DNA of 64,000 nucleotides from the NCBI RefSeq assembly GCF_963921235.1, contig NC_086107.1:105588001-105652000 (forward strand). The letters run 5' to 3'. The translations under genes and the position numbers were made by a program. The notes below the pieces were generated by a model that did no database searches, was not told the origin of the DNA, and worked only from the letters and a program-made list of their open reading frames with translations. The stretch is from Mobula hypostoma (taxonomy: Eukaryota). Positions 42,301 to 54,300 of this stretch are shown here, piece by piece (positions within the stretch are counted from its first letter, which is position 1; every line of letters begins with the position of its first letter).

Positions 42301-45300
42301 ATATCCATTTCAAGACATTTTTTCCCTGCTGTCAGAATAGTTTAAATCTGTCCCTCTCATTTTTTCAACAATTAATGTATCCTGGTGATGAATCGTTCAC
42401 AGATCAGGAGACCTACCCTTAGAATCTGGCCCACTCTCATTCTCGGTCGAGACTGAAATGCAACGAAGATCATTTTAGCTTCTTGAGCACATGGTCAGTT
42501 ACCAAAAAAAAGGGTTTTCATCTCCTGGTGTGAAAATCACTGCGCCCACAAAGGGCAATTTTCTTCTTCATTCCCCGTTGCATCACAGGCAGTCTTACAG
42601 TGATGACCTTGGTCTCAGAAACAAGCCCTGACATCTTTGTCAGGTCGACCCTATCAACACCTCTCATTATCTAATGATAAGTGCAGTGGACTCTTTCCTG
42701 GAGGAGTTTCCTACTGATTATCCAATCTCTCCTAACAGGTACAGCCTCCCAGTCCTGGTATCACCCCTGAATACCACTTTGCGTCCTCTCCAGGGCCTCG
42801 GCCTCATTGTGGTGGAGAGTTCCAGCTCCGGGCCCAATGTCTGGGACAGCACTCTCCAATGTCATCACATTTTCAGCAGAACATCTCCATGATCCTGAAA
42901 TAACTTGAAAATGCTCCTTCCTGACCCTTCTGCTAATTACCCAGGTTATGAATACCCAACTTGAGGGGAGCCCTCCCATAACATGATTAAATTCAGAAGT
43001 CCAATGTGTGTACATTAAGTTCTTATCTACAGGTAGAAGAATTAGTTTCCTGTCTCTCTGTAATTTTCATAACAGTGTTCTTTCTTATTCATCTGATATG
43101 CTCTGGATTCAATTCATGGGGCAGTATAGTTATTATATAATGAGATTTTGGTGTATTTTCTGACTTGAGGACAAAAATTGATTTCTGGATTTGTGTAAAA
43201 ACAGGACCCATTGGTTACCCAAGTACCTAGATGCTTTGATTGAGTTATAATTATGTCTCCCCCGATCTCCATTCTCTCCTGACCCATTTACCCTACTACT
43301 TTCACAAGAGACTGTCATCTCCTTTTCTCCCCACCAGAGTGAGTCTCCTCATCCCCATTTGGATCTTTATCAATGTTATTGCCATTCACTGGGCCTTGGG
43401 GTAATTAACAGGCCCAGTTCCTGTACAGCAGTGCAGACTGCACTGGGGAAGCTGCTCCTGTTGTATATCCAGTCTGTTTGGAGTACTGGGAGCAGTTTTG
43501 GGCCCCTTATCTAAGAATGGATGTGCTGGCGTCGGAGAGGGTCCAGAGGAGGTTCACAAAAATTATCCTGGGAATGAAAGGGTTAATGTACGAGGAGAAT
43601 TTGATGGCTCTGGGCCTGTACTCGCTGGAGTTTAGGAGAATGGGGGTGGGGAGGGGAGACCCTTATCGAAACCTACCAAATATTGAAAGACCGAGGCAAA
43701 GTGGATGTGCAGAGGATGTTTTCAATAGCGGGAGAGCCTGAGACCAGAGGGCACAGCCTTAGAATAGAGGGGTGTCAACATAGAACAGAGATGAGGTGGA
43801 ACTTCTTTAGCCAGTGGGTAGTGATTCCATGGAATTCATTGCCACACACGTCTGTGGAGACCAGGTCACTGGCTATGTTTAAAATGGAGGTTGATAGGTT
43901 CTTGATTAGTCAGGGCGTCAAAGGTTATGGGGAGAAGGCAGGAGAATGGGGTTGAGAGGGATAGTAAGTCAGCCATGATTGAAAAGCAGAGCACTTGATG
44001 GACCGAATGGCCTAACTCTGCTTCTGTGTCTTATGGTGTTCTGTCCACACCGGCTTGATGTGAAAGAAATAGCTTTTTAACCCTCACAGTGAAAGCCCCC
44101 CCCCACCCCCCACACCAGCTCAGTCAATAATCCCCACACAGAAAGATCCACAAACCGTCATCCTCTCTGGATGCGATCACTTTGACTTTCCGTTCGCCGC
44201 TCTCTTTGGAGTCTGAAAGAAAGTAGTGTTTTATTATAAAATGGAAGACGAGCGTCTAAAGTTCCCAGCTTCCAAGTGCAAACATGTAACGTGTAACTAT
44301 CTGTCCACCTGATCTGAAGGTCGCTAGTTCGAGCCTCAGCTGTGGGCAGCGTGTTTGTGCCCCTGAGCAAGGCACTTAACCACACATTGCTCTAGTGTCT
44401 GTGCAAGGAGTGGCGCCCCACACAGACTTCCAATCTGCGCCTTGTAAGGCATGAAAATGCCTGACGCAGGCCTCTCATGGTCTGAGTCGACGTTCCCTCC
44501 CTCCCCATCTGTCCATCCTAACGCACTGCACGCACCCCCCCCCGATCTGGATGCCTCCCCATGAGCTGATCGCCCTTTGCCCAAAGCCCCAGCTGAGGCT
44601 GGGATTAGGGTCTGACCTTTACCCCGGGACACTGCAGCCTGAAATCCAGTGTCTCTGGGGTGAGTGGGAGTCTCCTGCCTCTGGGTCCAGGTTGGCGCCC
44701 ACCCACACCTGCCAGTTTCAACCCAGTCGCGCCACACACATGTCCTCTGTTCCGAAGCGCTGGTGTCCGGGGATGAGGGCGTCCCTCTCCCATCCACTCT
44801 GGCCTCCCAGCTCCTCGGATGCAGGAACAGGGTATGACGAGAGACATAGGTGGGTATGGTTAAGACCCAAGTGCTGGAGTATCTGAGACTAGAATCGAGG
44901 CATGATCCAAGATGGAAACGAGGACAGGGTTCTAAACTAGACTCTAGACTAGAATCCAAAGAAAAGCTGACGAATGAGCACTAAACCTCAGATCAGGTGC
45001 CCTCTAAATATTAAAATCTTGGCTTCAGTTAGCAGGGTGGGCCTGAGTCTTTAAATGTTATCCATATTCTGGAGAGTCAGAGCACCTAAACCCTGAAAGG
45101 CAGCATGGTCGGGTACATATCGTACACAGAGTGCCCAGCACTGGCTCTGAGCTCACAGTTTCTGGACTCCAGCCAAGGCCACTGGATCCCAACAGATTCC
45201 CAGAGTCATCAGTGGATTATTCACCAGAGAATGTGATAGGGTGACATTGAAATCATAAACATCAATACCTCGAGCTGCCGAGTGACTCTCTTTTTCAGCA

Positions 45301-48300
45301 GAATCTGGAAGAGGCAGATAAAGAAATCAATTCACGAATCACAAGGCTTTCTATTTCCCATCCATTGCACTCTTTTAAACTCCACCCGTTCCGCTTTTAC
45401 GACATATCCCAGTGACGTATTGTTGACAGGTCAGCAGACATACCTTTAGTGTCTGGCCCACTCTCATTCTCGGTAGAGTCTGAAACATAAAGGGAGAGAA
45501 TTTCAGTTTCCCGAGCACACCGTCAGCTACTCAAACATTTCTCAGAGTCCCATTCCCCCTGTGGACACCGAGACATTGCACTCTTTGAGGAAACTTCCCC
45601 CTCCTTCCCTGTGGGATCTCAGGATCATTGAGGATCTTACAGTAATGTTCCTGGTCCTGGTGTGAAACGCAAGCTCTGACTTCATCAGGCCGACCCCTCG
45701 TTAACGACACCTCTCGTGAAGCAATGTTTACGCTTCGTCTCTTTACAAAAGGGAATTTCCAGACTGTTCCTTCTTCCGGATAGTTTCAACCTCCCAATCA
45801 TCCCCATGCATCACTGATTCACCTTCTCCAGGGCCTCAGATCCGTGATTTTTGCACGGACCCCTTGGTGAATGGTAGGGGGTCCATGGCATTAAAAAAAG
45901 GCTGGGAGCCCCTTTGCGAGAGAGAGCAGCTCTCTGCCCTACGTCCGTGCTTGCAAACCCAGTTCAATCCAGGCTAATCAACTTTCAGTCAGATAACTGA
46001 TTAAAGATTATGATTATTGTTTTTAATCATAAGATAATTGTTTATTATCCTAGTAATAGGGTGCTACAGTAGCATGGTGGTCCTCCAGGTTTGGGGGTTC
46101 AGCTCAGGGATGACAACCCTGACTGGTGAAACAAAACTGTTACGGCAACAGCAATGAAGAATCCTTCTACATCTGAGTGTGACGGTATTCCTGAGTCTCC
46201 ACCCGGGACTTGCAAGAGGGACAGTAGTAAAAATTGAGAGGGAGCCACTGACACGATGAAGGAAGGCCTGAACACCGTCAGAGACAGAGGACCTTCATTG
46301 CTGCCCGAAACACCAGCGGCGTAACGGGCAGACAGAGGGTAGCGTGGTGGTTTGCATGACACTGTTACAGGTTGGGATGTTCCAGAGGTCAGAGTTCAAT
46401 TACAGCGCTATCTGTAAGGAATTTGCAAGTTCTCCTCATGACTGCGTGGGTTTCCCCCGGGTGCTCCGGTTTCCTCCCACAGTCCAAAGACCTACCAGTT
46501 AGTAGATTAATAGGTCTTTGTAAATAGCCTCCTGATTAGACTAGGGTTAAAAAGACGGGTTGCTGGGGGGTGCGGCTGCTTTGCGCTGTATCTCTAAATA
46601 AATTATTTATGATTAAAAATAAACTGTTAACTTTAATCCTAACAGTTAAAGAAGCCTGGACATGCTATTATAGAACTGATAACTGCTATCACACATGGTA
46701 ACAGTTCCAGGCATATTTATTTTTATTTGCACGATTTATTTTTATACTGAATTGACTCATTCTGGTTAATTTACACTTCCTTCCTGGATTTTCCCAATCC
46801 TTCAATCCAACTGCCTCAAGGCTAACCCTGCTGGTTTTCCATTTCACCATCCCGTTTCCCGGAGCATCCGTGTTCTTCTGAAATGATTTGTATTGGTTAT
46901 CCCTTTATTTTCTGCTTATTATTACAGCTAATTATTGTTACAGTTTCTTTTTCTTTCTATTATCATGTACTGCTTTGTACTGCTGCCGCAAAGTTAACAA
47001 TTTCACAACCTATGCCGGTGATATTAAACCTGATTCTATCACCTGTCTACTTCGAATGAGTTATGATCGCATCTCTCCACTTCTCTGTTTTCCCCCAACG
47101 CCATTTGCCGTCCTGTTTTCTCAAGAGCCCGTCTCCTCCTTTTCTCCCCACCAGAGTCTGTCTCCTTATTCCCATCGGGATCTTTATTGAAATTATTTGC
47201 CATTCACTGCCCTAGGGTAGTGTCAAGATCATGACAAGCTTGGTTTTACCATAAAACCAGGGCGAACCAAAAGGGTCAGACCAGTTACGCTCACAGATCT
47301 CGATTTTGCAGATGACGTAGTCCTGCTCTCTGACCAGATGGAGGAAGCACGGCAGCTACTGACAAAAGTGGAACTAGAATGCAATAAAGTTGGACTTCAC
47401 CTAAACGCTAAAAGGACAGAGTACATGGCGTTTAACTGCGACGAAGGTACTCTCAAGACCGTAGAGAATGATGCCATTAAGAAAGTCTTTGATTACAAGT
47501 ACCTCGGGTCAAGAATGATGAGTTCGGAGAAGGATATAAAGATACGGAAGGCGCTAGCGCGGAGGGCTATGAACGACATGAAGGAAATCTGGAAGTCGAA
47601 CCTGATCAGAGGGCTTAAAAAGAGGATTTTCGTAGCAGTCATAAAGTCCATTCTCACGTACGGATGCGAGACGTGGACACTCACCAAGACGATGCAAAAG
47701 TCTCTAGATGGTTGATATACACAAACGCTCTGGATGGCTCTTGACGTGAGTTGGCAACAGCACATGATGAACATCGAGCTCTATAACAACCTACCGATGC
47801 TCACCACTAAAATCGAGGCGACTAGCAGGGCACTGTCTACGCCACCCCGAGCTACCTGCCAGCCTAGTCATCATATGGGAGCCCAAGCACGGGAGGATGA
47901 ACCCTGGGCGCCCTCCCAAGACTATGGTCAACACGCTCCTAGAAGACAGCGGCGCGGCTAATGTAGATGAACTGAACACACTGATGAGGGAGAGGGAGAA
48001 GTGGAGAGTCCGTCATCGTGCCCGACGCCGGCCCCCTAGGCCTGAGTCGATGTAGTAGTAGCCCTAGGGTGATTGATATGATAATGGAGCCAGCTCCTGT
48101 ATGGTAGCGTAGTCTGCCCTGGGGCAAATGTTTGGATTTTATTTATTTAGCGATATCGTGCAAGGACAGGCTGTTCCGGCCCTTTGAGACGCACCACGCG
48201 GCTACCCACCGATTCAACCCTAGCCAAATCACAGGACAATTTACAATGAACAATTAACCTACGAACCGTAGTCTTTGGACTGTGGGAGGAAACCGGAGTA

Positions 48301-51300
48301 CCCGGAGGAAACCTGCGTGCGCACGGGAAGGAACAGATAAACTTGCTTGCAGAGGATGCTGGAATTGAACGCCGACCACAGGCGCCCTGAGCTGTAATAG
48401 CTTCGCGCTAACCGCCTCGCTACCGTTTCTGTTCTATATCCAGCCTGTTCACTGCTCCGCTGCCTGCCCCCGGCTCCACGCGGATTTGACGTGAAATACG
48501 CAGCTTTTTAACCCTCACAGTGCCAGCTCCCCTCCACACCAGCTCAGTCAATAATCCCCACACAAACCGTCGTCTTCTCTGGATCCGATCACTCTGATTT
48601 TCTGCTCGCCACCCTCTTTGGAACCTGAAAGCAAAACCAGTATTTGATCATAAAATGTGAAGAGTGTGTGGAAAGTTCAGTTTTAAAGTGCGTCTGTGTT
48701 CCCAGTCATATTCAAACGCTGTGTCCCTACTGATCTGACTCAGAGCGGGTGGGATTGTCCAGCTTTTTACCAGGTTACTACTAACTGAACCCCAGAGTCT
48801 CTGGGTCGAGTGGGTCTCCTACGCATTGATCTGAGATGCCTGGCTGCCGAGTTGGTGTCCTCCCAATGCATTAAGTTTTCCAGTCAACTCACAGACACGA
48901 GAAAGTCTGCAGAAGCTGGAAGCCCAAAGCAACAAGCACCTACAAAATGCTGGAGAAACTCAGCAGGTCAGGTAGCATCAATGGAAAAGAGTAGACTGGC
49001 AACGATTCGGGCCGAGACCCTTCTCGATAAGTTTCAAGGACCTTTTGGGAACTAGAATCAGGTCGGTTTGGAGGAGGACAAATCCCGACTCCAGCTCGTG
49101 GAAGGGAGTACAGGAATTAGATGCTGATACCCTGGGATTTCTGAATAGCCGATAGCGGATTATCAGATTTACTGTATGTAGAATGAACAGGAATAAACGT
49201 GTGCTGATATTTAAGTTTCATTCAAGTCTCCTTCCTGTCGGTCACCATAAACCAAAGGGGGATCTGGCCTTAGTTTTTGTATCCTCAAGGTTATTATAGC
49301 TGGGGATGGTAATGGGGGCAATCTCCCATTGCCTATTAAATCCTCCCAATGGCTTGCGCCTCAAATAGTCTCTGACAACCAAGTCCAGCTCCTGGCCTTT
49401 GCATGTGGCTTAGCAGAACAGTTTCTACTGACTGGAGAAGGGGCAAAGGCAGGTTTCTGGTGCCTTAAAGCCAATCACTTCCAGCAGTTGGGGAACATCA
49501 GCCGTGGTTGTAAGCTCATCTAGGAGAAGGAAAAACTCTGATCTGAAAGCCCTGCTGCCTTGAGGTTATATCCACTGATGGGGGAGGCTTCAGGAGTAAA
49601 CACCGAGGAAAAATCCAAAGTTGGAGTCCCTAAGGCCATCCTACGTTGAGTTCAACACCGACTGGCAACTCCTGCGACGCCGCTGGTTATTAACTGTATC
49701 AGTCCCTGCCGTTCCTTTGGATTCATCAGCTGCGTGGAGAGGGGGAGCTTGCCGCATGGGCCCTGGCTTGCGTAGACAGCTGGGATGCAACATCCATGGT
49801 TAACCCTGATTAACAGAGGACCTACACAGAGGCATTGGTGGCAAGTGTAGGGTGGTTCTGCCGAGCCTGTATAAAACTCTAGGATGGCAGCTTCTGGCCA
49901 ACGTCAGACACTTCACCTTAGCAAGACCATGTAGGACTTGTGGAGGGTACAGGAACAAGGATCTGGAATGGTTCCTGGGACAAAGGGTAAAGGTAGAAGG
50001 TCAGCCCGGAGAGAATGGGGTTGCTCTCCTTGGGGAGGCATTGGATAGAACATACCTAGATCATAACACTTTCTTTGGGGCAAACTGAAGGAAGCTGATC
50101 CTGGTAGCGGAAGATCTAAAGAGCAGGGGACACAGCTTCAAAATGGTGTGCAAAGATAGAAGGCATGTTTGTGGACCTCTGTTTGTACAGATCGTAGTTT
50201 TGATCTGAACGTGTCTGTCAATTAGTGCCCCGAACGAGGGATTGGGTTTGGGAACTGAGATAGAATAACATGCAGAGCTGTGGGTAACGGGATGGGGGTT
50301 GCTCTGTTAGAGCTGGCACAGACCTGATTGGCCAATTCTATGATTCTATGTTCTTACATGTTGGCGCGTGGCCAAGTGGTTAAGGTGTCAGTCCAGTGAT
50401 CTGAAGGTCGCTAGTTCGAGCCTCAGCTGAGGCAGCGTGTTGTGTCCTTGAGCAAGGCACTTAACCGCACATTGCCCTGCGACGACACCGGTGCCAAGCT
50501 GTATCGGCCCTAATGCCCTTCCCTTGGACAACATCGGTGGCGTGGAGAGGGGAGACTTGCAGCATGGGCAACTGCTGGTCTTCCATACAACCTTGCCCAG
50601 GCCTGTGCCCTGGAGACCTTCCAAGACACAAATCCACAGTCTCATGAGACTAATGGATGCCTATATACGTTCTTATATATCATTCTTACTTGTATTTTGT
50701 ACATCTTCTTCGCTATTACATTGCTCAACCATTCAGTGTGGGAGTGAACGTCACAGTCTATTTTTCACCTGGGTTGCTGCTTTGCATTGTGAATCTCTTT
50801 CCTAAATCTCATTCAATTTTTAGTTTTGCAAGAGCCCATGGCCTCCAGCTACCTCCCTACCTCCCCTACCCCTCAGTTCCTTCAGCACTGGGGGGTTCTT
50901 CCCTCGACCGGGCCTCCCCTAAACCAATTCCTTCTGCTTTGTATCTGGCCTTCCAGTCCCCGTTCTGTTGCTGGTATCCATGGATCGGATATCACGTACA
51001 TAAAGAGCTTGTTAATCCCCACTGACCCAGTCTATCCCATCGGTGGTGGGGAAACTGCTAGAGTCAGTTATCAAAGATGTGATAACAGCACATTTGGAAA
51101 GCGGTGAAATCTTCGGACAAAGTCAGCATGGATTTGTGAAAGGAAAATCATCTCTGACGAATCTCATAGAATTTTTTGAGGATGTAACTAGTAGAGTGGA
51201 TAGGGGAGAACCAGTGGATGTGGTATATTTGGATTTTCAAAAGGCTTTTGACAAGGTCCCACACAGGAGATTAGTGTGCAAACTTAAAGCACACGGTACT

Positions 51301-54300
51301 GGGGGTAAGGTATTGGTGTGGGTGGAGAATTGGTTGGCAGACAGGAAGCAAAGAGTGGGAATAAACGGGACCTTTTCAGAATGGCAGGCAGTGACTAGTG
51401 GGGTACCGCAAGGCTCAGTGCTGGGACCCCAGTTGCTTACAATATATATTAATGACTTGGATGAGGGAATTAAATGCAGCATCTCCAAGTTTGCGGATGA
51501 CACGAAGCTGGGCGGCAGTGTTAGCTGTGAGGAGGATGCTAAGAGGATGTAGGGTGACTTGGATAGGTTAGGTGAGTGGGCAAATTCATGGCAGATGCAA
51601 TTTAATGTGGATAAATGTGAAGTTATCCACTTTGGTGGCAAAAACAGGAAAACAGATTATTATCTGAATAACACACATCAAAGTTGCTGGTGAACGCAGC
51701 AGGCCAGGCAGCATCTGTAGGAAGAGGTGCGGTCAACGTTTCAGGCCGAGACCCTTCGTCAGGACTAACTGAAGGAAGAGTGAGTAAGGGATTTGAAAGT
51801 TGGAGGGGGAGGGGGAGATCCAAAATGATAGGAGAAGACAGGAGGGGGAGGGATGGAGCCAAGAGCTGGACAGGTGATAGGCAAAAGGGGATACAAGAGG
51901 ATCATGGGACAGGAGGTCCAGGAAGAAAGACAAGGGGGGGGACCCAGAGGATGGGCAAGAGGTATATTCAGAGGGACAGAGGGAGAAAAAGGAGAGTGAG
52001 AGAAAGAATGCGTGCATAAAAATAAGTAACAGATGGGGTACGAGGGGGAGGTGGGGCCTTAGCGGAAGTTAGAGAAGTCGATGTTCATACCATCAGGTTG
52101 GAGGCTACCCAGACGGAATATAAGGTGTTGTTCCTCCAACCTGAGTGTGGCTTCATCTTTACAGTAGAGGAGGCCGTGGATAGACATGTCAGAATGGGAA
52201 TGGGATGTGGAATTAAAATGTGTGGCCACTGGGAGATCCTGCTTTCTCTGGCGGACAGAGCGTAGATGTTCAGCAAAGCGGTCTCCCAGTCTGCGTCGGG
52301 TCTCGCCAATATATAAAAGGCCACATCGGGAGCACCGGACGCAGTATATCACCCCAGTCGACTCACAGGTGAAGTGTTGCCTCACCTGGAAGGACTGTCT
52401 GGGGCCCTGAATGGTGGTAAGGGAGGAAGTGTAAGGGCATGTGTAGCACTTGTTCCGCTTACACGGATAAGTGCCAGGAGGGAGATCAGTGGGGAGGGAT
52501 GGGGGGGACGAATGGACAAGGGAGTTGAGTAGGGAGCGATCCCTGCAGAATGCAGAGCGAGGTGGGGAGGGAAAGATGTGCTTAGTGGTGGGATCCCGTT
52601 GGAGGTGGCGGAAGTTACGGAGAATAATATGTTGGACCCGGAGGCTGGTGGGGTGGTAGGTCTGTTATTTGGGTGGGGTGGGGTACATCACACAGCATCC
52701 ACACAAACTAATTACCCAGTTTGGCGGGACCGAGGGCTGTTTCCCGAGACGGCAGCGAGCTGAGCGACCTTGAGGCTTGCCGGGGAGGGGGCGGGGGGCT
52801 ACACATGAATTATGGAAGGAATCTATTATGAATTATCAAAGAGCTTGACCAACATAGGGGCTGGTCAACCACCTCACCAGGGAGAGGACATCAACCCCAA
52901 TTGCTCCTCTATAATAGACTCCCAGACTGCGCAATCCCCAGAACTGGGGCAGTCCATCAGCTAACTCCCCATACCTAAGCGTCTCGTGGTGGACTGTGGT
53001 CCAAATTGTTATTTCTCTTGTAATTTGATCTTCTTTATGCTTGTTTACATGCTTATAATCAGCTGTTTGTCTGTAAACATTCAGTCGATTTTCAATCATC
53101 TGCAGCATAGCTGGCTCTGTGCTTTCTTTCTTCCTCTGTGAGCCTTAATCGAGACTGTCTTTGTTGTCTCACCAGCAATTCTTATCAGAGAAGATTTCCT
53201 TATAAGACCATAAAACATAGCAGCAGAATTAGGCCATTTGGCCCACCAAGTCTGCTCTGCCATTTCATCATGGCTGATCCAATTTTCCTCTCAGCCTCAG
53301 TCTCCTTCCTTCTCCCCTTATCCCTTCATGCCCTGACCAGTCAAGAATCTATCAACCTCTGCCTTAAATATACATCAAGACTTGGCTTCCACAGTCGCCT
53401 GTGGCAAAGAATTCCACAGATTCACCACTCTCTGGTTAAAGGAACTCCTCCTCATCCCCGTTCTAAAAGGACACCCTTCTACTCTGAGGCTGTGTCCTCT
53501 GGTCTTGGACTCCTCCACTATAGGAAACATCCTTTCCACATCCACTCTATCGGCCACCTTGAACCGGTTTTCAGTATAAAGAGAGGCCACGAGGCAGGTT
53601 CTCAGTTAGAGTGAGCTAGTTACGGTTAGAGTTAGTTCCCAGTTGCTGTGGTTCACTGATATTCCTTTAGTGAAATGTTTGTAACCACATGACTTGACTT
53701 CCAAAGAGCCATCTGGGCGATATCATCTCCAAATCCAACACTAGCTTAGGGTGGGATTAGAGTCATAGAGCTATACAGTACTGGAAAGGGTCTTTTGCTC
53801 ATGATATCAATGGTGATCTTTGTGCCTTTATTTGAGAGGGCCTCTGATGGCTGGGGTCTACCATGGTTATTGCGTTCCAGCAAGCCAGGGCAAGTGCAAT
53901 ATAAAGAACAAGCTGTTTATTTATTTATTGTGATATAGCGCAGAATAGACCCTTCCTCCCCTCGAGCCGTGCTGCCCGGAAATCCCCGATTTAACCCTGG
54001 CCTAATCATGGGACAATTTACAATGACCAATCAACCTACCAACCGGTACGTCCTTGGACTGTGGGAGGAAACCGGGGCGCCCACGTGGTCACGGGGAGAA
54101 CGTACAAACTCCTTACAGGCAGTGGCGGGAATTGAACCCTGGGCGCTGGCACTGTAAAGCGTTGTGCTGACCACTGCACTACCGTGCCTATATGCTACTG
54201 CCCATGCAGAAGGCTCCCCCCCTCCACGCAGCTGATCAATCCAAAGGAACGGCAGAGACCGATACAGTTTGGTACCGGTGGCGTCGCAGGAGTTGCCAGT

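Noticed and set aside
40580..48624. Immunoglobulin/TCR J-segment cluster (short repeated segments with CACAGTG heptamers near some A exons)
   Set aside because: No nonamer at 12/23 spacing and no FGxG/WGxG motif. The segments have AG acceptors with pyrimidine tracts, as ordinary exons do.
52976..53099. AG/GT-bounded minus-strand segment within ORF 52836-53108 as an exon of the gene
   Set aside because: In the required phase-1 frame it hits TGA at the third codon, and it has no similarity to the repeat modules.
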